Assembly: GCA_963793425.1 (NCBI GenBank)
Contig: CAWCAG010000005.1
Span: 1,184,001 to 1,248,000 of the forward strand
Direction of reading: 5' to 3'
From: an uncultured cyanobacterium
Lineage (GTDB): Bacteria; Cyanobacteriota; Cyanobacteriia; Cyanobacteriales; CAWCAG01
DNA length: 64,000 nucleotides
Below, one piece after another: positions 61,788 through 64,000 of this stretch (positions are counted from its first letter, which is position 1; each line of letters opens with the position of its first letter). Below the pieces are notes generated by a model. It was not told where the DNA came from. It saw nothing but the letters and a program-made list of their open reading frames with translations, and made no database searches. Both the position numbers and the translations under genes were made by a program.

Positions 61788-64000
61788 ATGAAACAACTTT
61801 CTAATAATCGTACACTTAAGAAAATAACTTCCTGGTTAACAAACAGTTTAAGCATTGCGATCGCCGCCCTAAATTATGCCCCTTCCACTTCTGCCCAAAC
61901 GCCTTTTGCTTGCGACGGAGACTTCTTCCTTTCTCAAAAAGAAAACACTCAACTAACCACAGTCAACACCAGCACAACTCCTTTTCGCCTACCTGTCATC
62001 AGTTTTCCTGCCCCATCAACAACTCCCAGAGAATATAATGCAATGGGCTTTCGGGTGCAAGATGGCTTTATCTATGCCATTGAACCTGGTGATCCTGTCA
62101 GAGGAATTGATAACCCTGCTGATTCCTATGAAATCTTTCGCATCGACCGCAAAGGAACTGTTACCCCTATTGGTAAGCCTCTAGGTTTACCCTTGCAAGC
62201 TCCAATTCCCAATACCAATAATAGATACATAGCTGGGGATTTTTCAGGAGATGGAACTTACTACATTTACAACAACAATACCGGAAAATTGGTGCAAATT
62301 GATGTTACCAAGAGGCCGCCGCAAATTCTCCAGGTGAGAGACTTGCAAAGACCAGGAGGAGGCTTTCCTAAATTTTCAGATATGGCTTACAGTCCAGTAG
62401 ACGGTAAATTTTATGCCTATGACCAATTTGAAGGTCGGTTACTGAGGTTTGACCCAGAACAAGGTAGCACTGTTACCGTAGAATACTTAAATGGAGTTAC
62501 TAATCCTATTGGTAATCGCTCTGTGGGGGCAACTTTTTTTGACGGTGCGGGTACTCTTTACGCTTATCAAAATGAACCAGGGCTACTGTACAGCGTCAAC
62601 GTTTTAGATACCCCAGTTAAATATACCTTCCTTAGTAATGCCCCCAGTGTTGATTTTAATGACGGTGCAGCTTGTCCTTTTGTACCACGCATCATTAAAA
62701 CCGTTGATCCTCCTTCTGTAATAGCAGGGAACAACGTTACCTACACTTACTTAATTACTAACCCTAACCCTCCCGAAAGACCTATAACAGGTTTGACCAT
62801 AACCGATACTATGGCAAATGGTCGTAAATTTCTTGAACCTCCTCATGTAAAAATTGTTAGGGGGCAAGGAGGTAGTACAGGTAATGTAATTTTAAGCAAC
62901 GACAATCGTACTTTTACCATCACAGGCTTAACCCTTCCTGCTGCCAATGCCAAAACTGTAACCCCAGGACAAGTTCAAATCACCGCCCAAGTTAATGTTC
63001 CGGTTACAACTCCTCCTGGCACTGTTTTTAACCAAGCTATTGTCCGTAACCTTCCTGGGGGGAGTTTTCCTGATAGCATTGGGTCAGACTTTCCTGGGGC
63101 GGGGGCCGTACCAGACCCTACTCCTTTGGTGGTTTTAGCCCCAGCTTCTCCGGTAGGAACTAAATCTGTACGTCTGTTTGAAGATGTGGATGAAGACGGT
63201 TCAGTTACGAGAGGAGATATTTTGGAGTATGTGGTAACTTACATTAATAATAGCAGCACTAATGTTACCAACTTTGTAGCTACAGATACTCTAGATGCCA
63301 GTAGTTTGCAGTTGTCTGGGGGCTATGATTTTAATGTTTCTGGTCCTCTGGGAACTACAGTGGCTGCAAACCCTAGTTTTAATGGTACAACTATCCCTCA
63401 ACTTAATAAATCTGGTATACTTGCTGCTAATGGGGGTCAAGTTACCATCAAGTTTCAAGCAAAGATTGTTGCAGGGCCTGGAGTTGCCGTGAAAAACCAA
63501 GCTGTTGCTATTGCTGATGCGGGGCCTGGAGTACAAACCCCTTCTGTTACAGATGCTGTGGGGGGGTCAGGGGAAATCCCTCAAGAACTTGATGATGGAG
63601 AAGATGGGGGCAACTTACCTGGTACAGGAACAGGGGATGATGAACCCACAATAGTAGTTGTGCAAGAGCCTAACACCACCAGTTTATTCCTAGTTAAACG
63701 CATTACCAATGTGGTTAGAGATGGTATATCGCTACCAGGAGTAGATTTCCAAAGATTTGTTGACAATAAGAGCGATCCTAACGATACTGTTCCTGGTTGG
63801 TCTGCTAGTCTTCCTTTCGGTTTGCTTACTGTTGAACCAGATAACACTCTACAAAGCGGCGATTTTGTAGAATATACCATTTACTTTCTCGCTAGTGGTT
63901 CCCAAGCTGTCGAAAATGTCAAGATTTGCGATGCTGTACCTCAAGGTACTACCTATGTTCCGAGCAGTATTTCCTTGACTCTTCCTCCGGCAGGTTCTCA
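61788..64000 (+). CDS. paralogous adhesin-like DUF11 protein (runs off window)
   Basis: Manual translation MKQLSNNRTLKKITSW...TSA-QTPFACDGDFFLSQ...NDGAACPF...LFLVKRITNVVRDG...KICDAVP; absent from the ORF track, consistent with no stop inside the window. Confidence 0.85.
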   Translation, partial: MKQLSNNRTLKKITSWLTNSLSIAIAALNYAPSTSAQTPFACDGDFFLSQKENTQLTTVNTSTTPFRLPVISFPAPSTTPREYNAMGFRVQDGFIYAIEPGDPVRGIDNPADSYEIFRIDRKGTVTPIGKPLGLPLQAPIPNTNNRYIAGDFSGDGTYYIYNNNTGKLVQIDVTKRPPQILQVRDLQRPGGGFPKFSDMAYSPVDGKFYAYDQFEGRLLRFDPEQGSTVTVEYLNGVTNPIGNRSVGATFFDGAGTLYAYQNEPGLLYSVNVLDTPVKYTFLSNAPSVDFNDGAACPFVPRIIKTVDPPSVIAGNNVTYTYLITNPNPPERPITGLTITDTMANGRKFLEPPHVKIVRGQGGSTGNVILSNDNRTFTITGLTLPAANAKTVTPGQVQITAQVNVPVTTPPGTVFNQAIVRNLPGGSFPDSIGSDFPGAGAVPDPTPLVVLAPASPVGTKSVRLFEDVDEDGSVTRGDILEYVVTYINNSSTNVTNFVATDTLDASSLQLSGGYDFNVSGPLGTTVAANPSFNGTTIPQLNKSGILAANGGQVTIKFQAKIVAGPGVAVKNQAVAIADAGPGVQTPSVTDAVGGSGEIPQELDDGEDGGNLPGTGTGDDEPTIVVVQEPNTTSLFLVKRITNVVRDGISLPGVDFQRFVDNKSDPNDTVPGWSASLPFGLLTVEPDNTLQSGDFVEYTIYFLASGSQAVENVKICDAVPQGTTYVPSSISLTLPPAGS

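Overview
AT-rich chromosomal window from a beta-cyanobacterium, judged from frequent HIP1 GCGATCGC sites, heptamer STRR repeats, and form IB RuBisCO with rbcX and ccm genes. Housekeeping genes include cyAbrB1/2, cbiB, pyrR, nagA, purE, amt, ispH, pyrC, lepB, sdhB and ilvC. A CO2-concentrating superlocus (ccmK2K1LMN-rbcLXS) is divergent from ndhF4-ndhD4-cupB. An accessory island at about 13.4-20 kb holds an EACC1-like gene plus a caspase-GUN4 gene, a HUH/RAYT-like transposase remnant, and a decayed, tandemly duplicated toxin-antitoxin cluster. The right end (52-64 kb) is a five-gene secreted DUF11/beta-barrel/beta-helix/adhesin cluster. Two candidate novel systems stand out. (1) In the DUF11 cluster, the C-terminal Ig domain of the complete adhesin lacks its Asn-bearing final strand, and a free strand of that type sits at the mature N-terminus of the first gene product. 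This suggests covalent, SpyTag/Catcher-like donor-strand anchoring. (2) The GUN4 3' tail gives a plausible protein end in all three reading frames and lies beside a non-coding block and a HUH transposase remnant, suggesting RT-independent diversification of the sensor domain. Family assignments come from motif recognition and memory; no searches were run.
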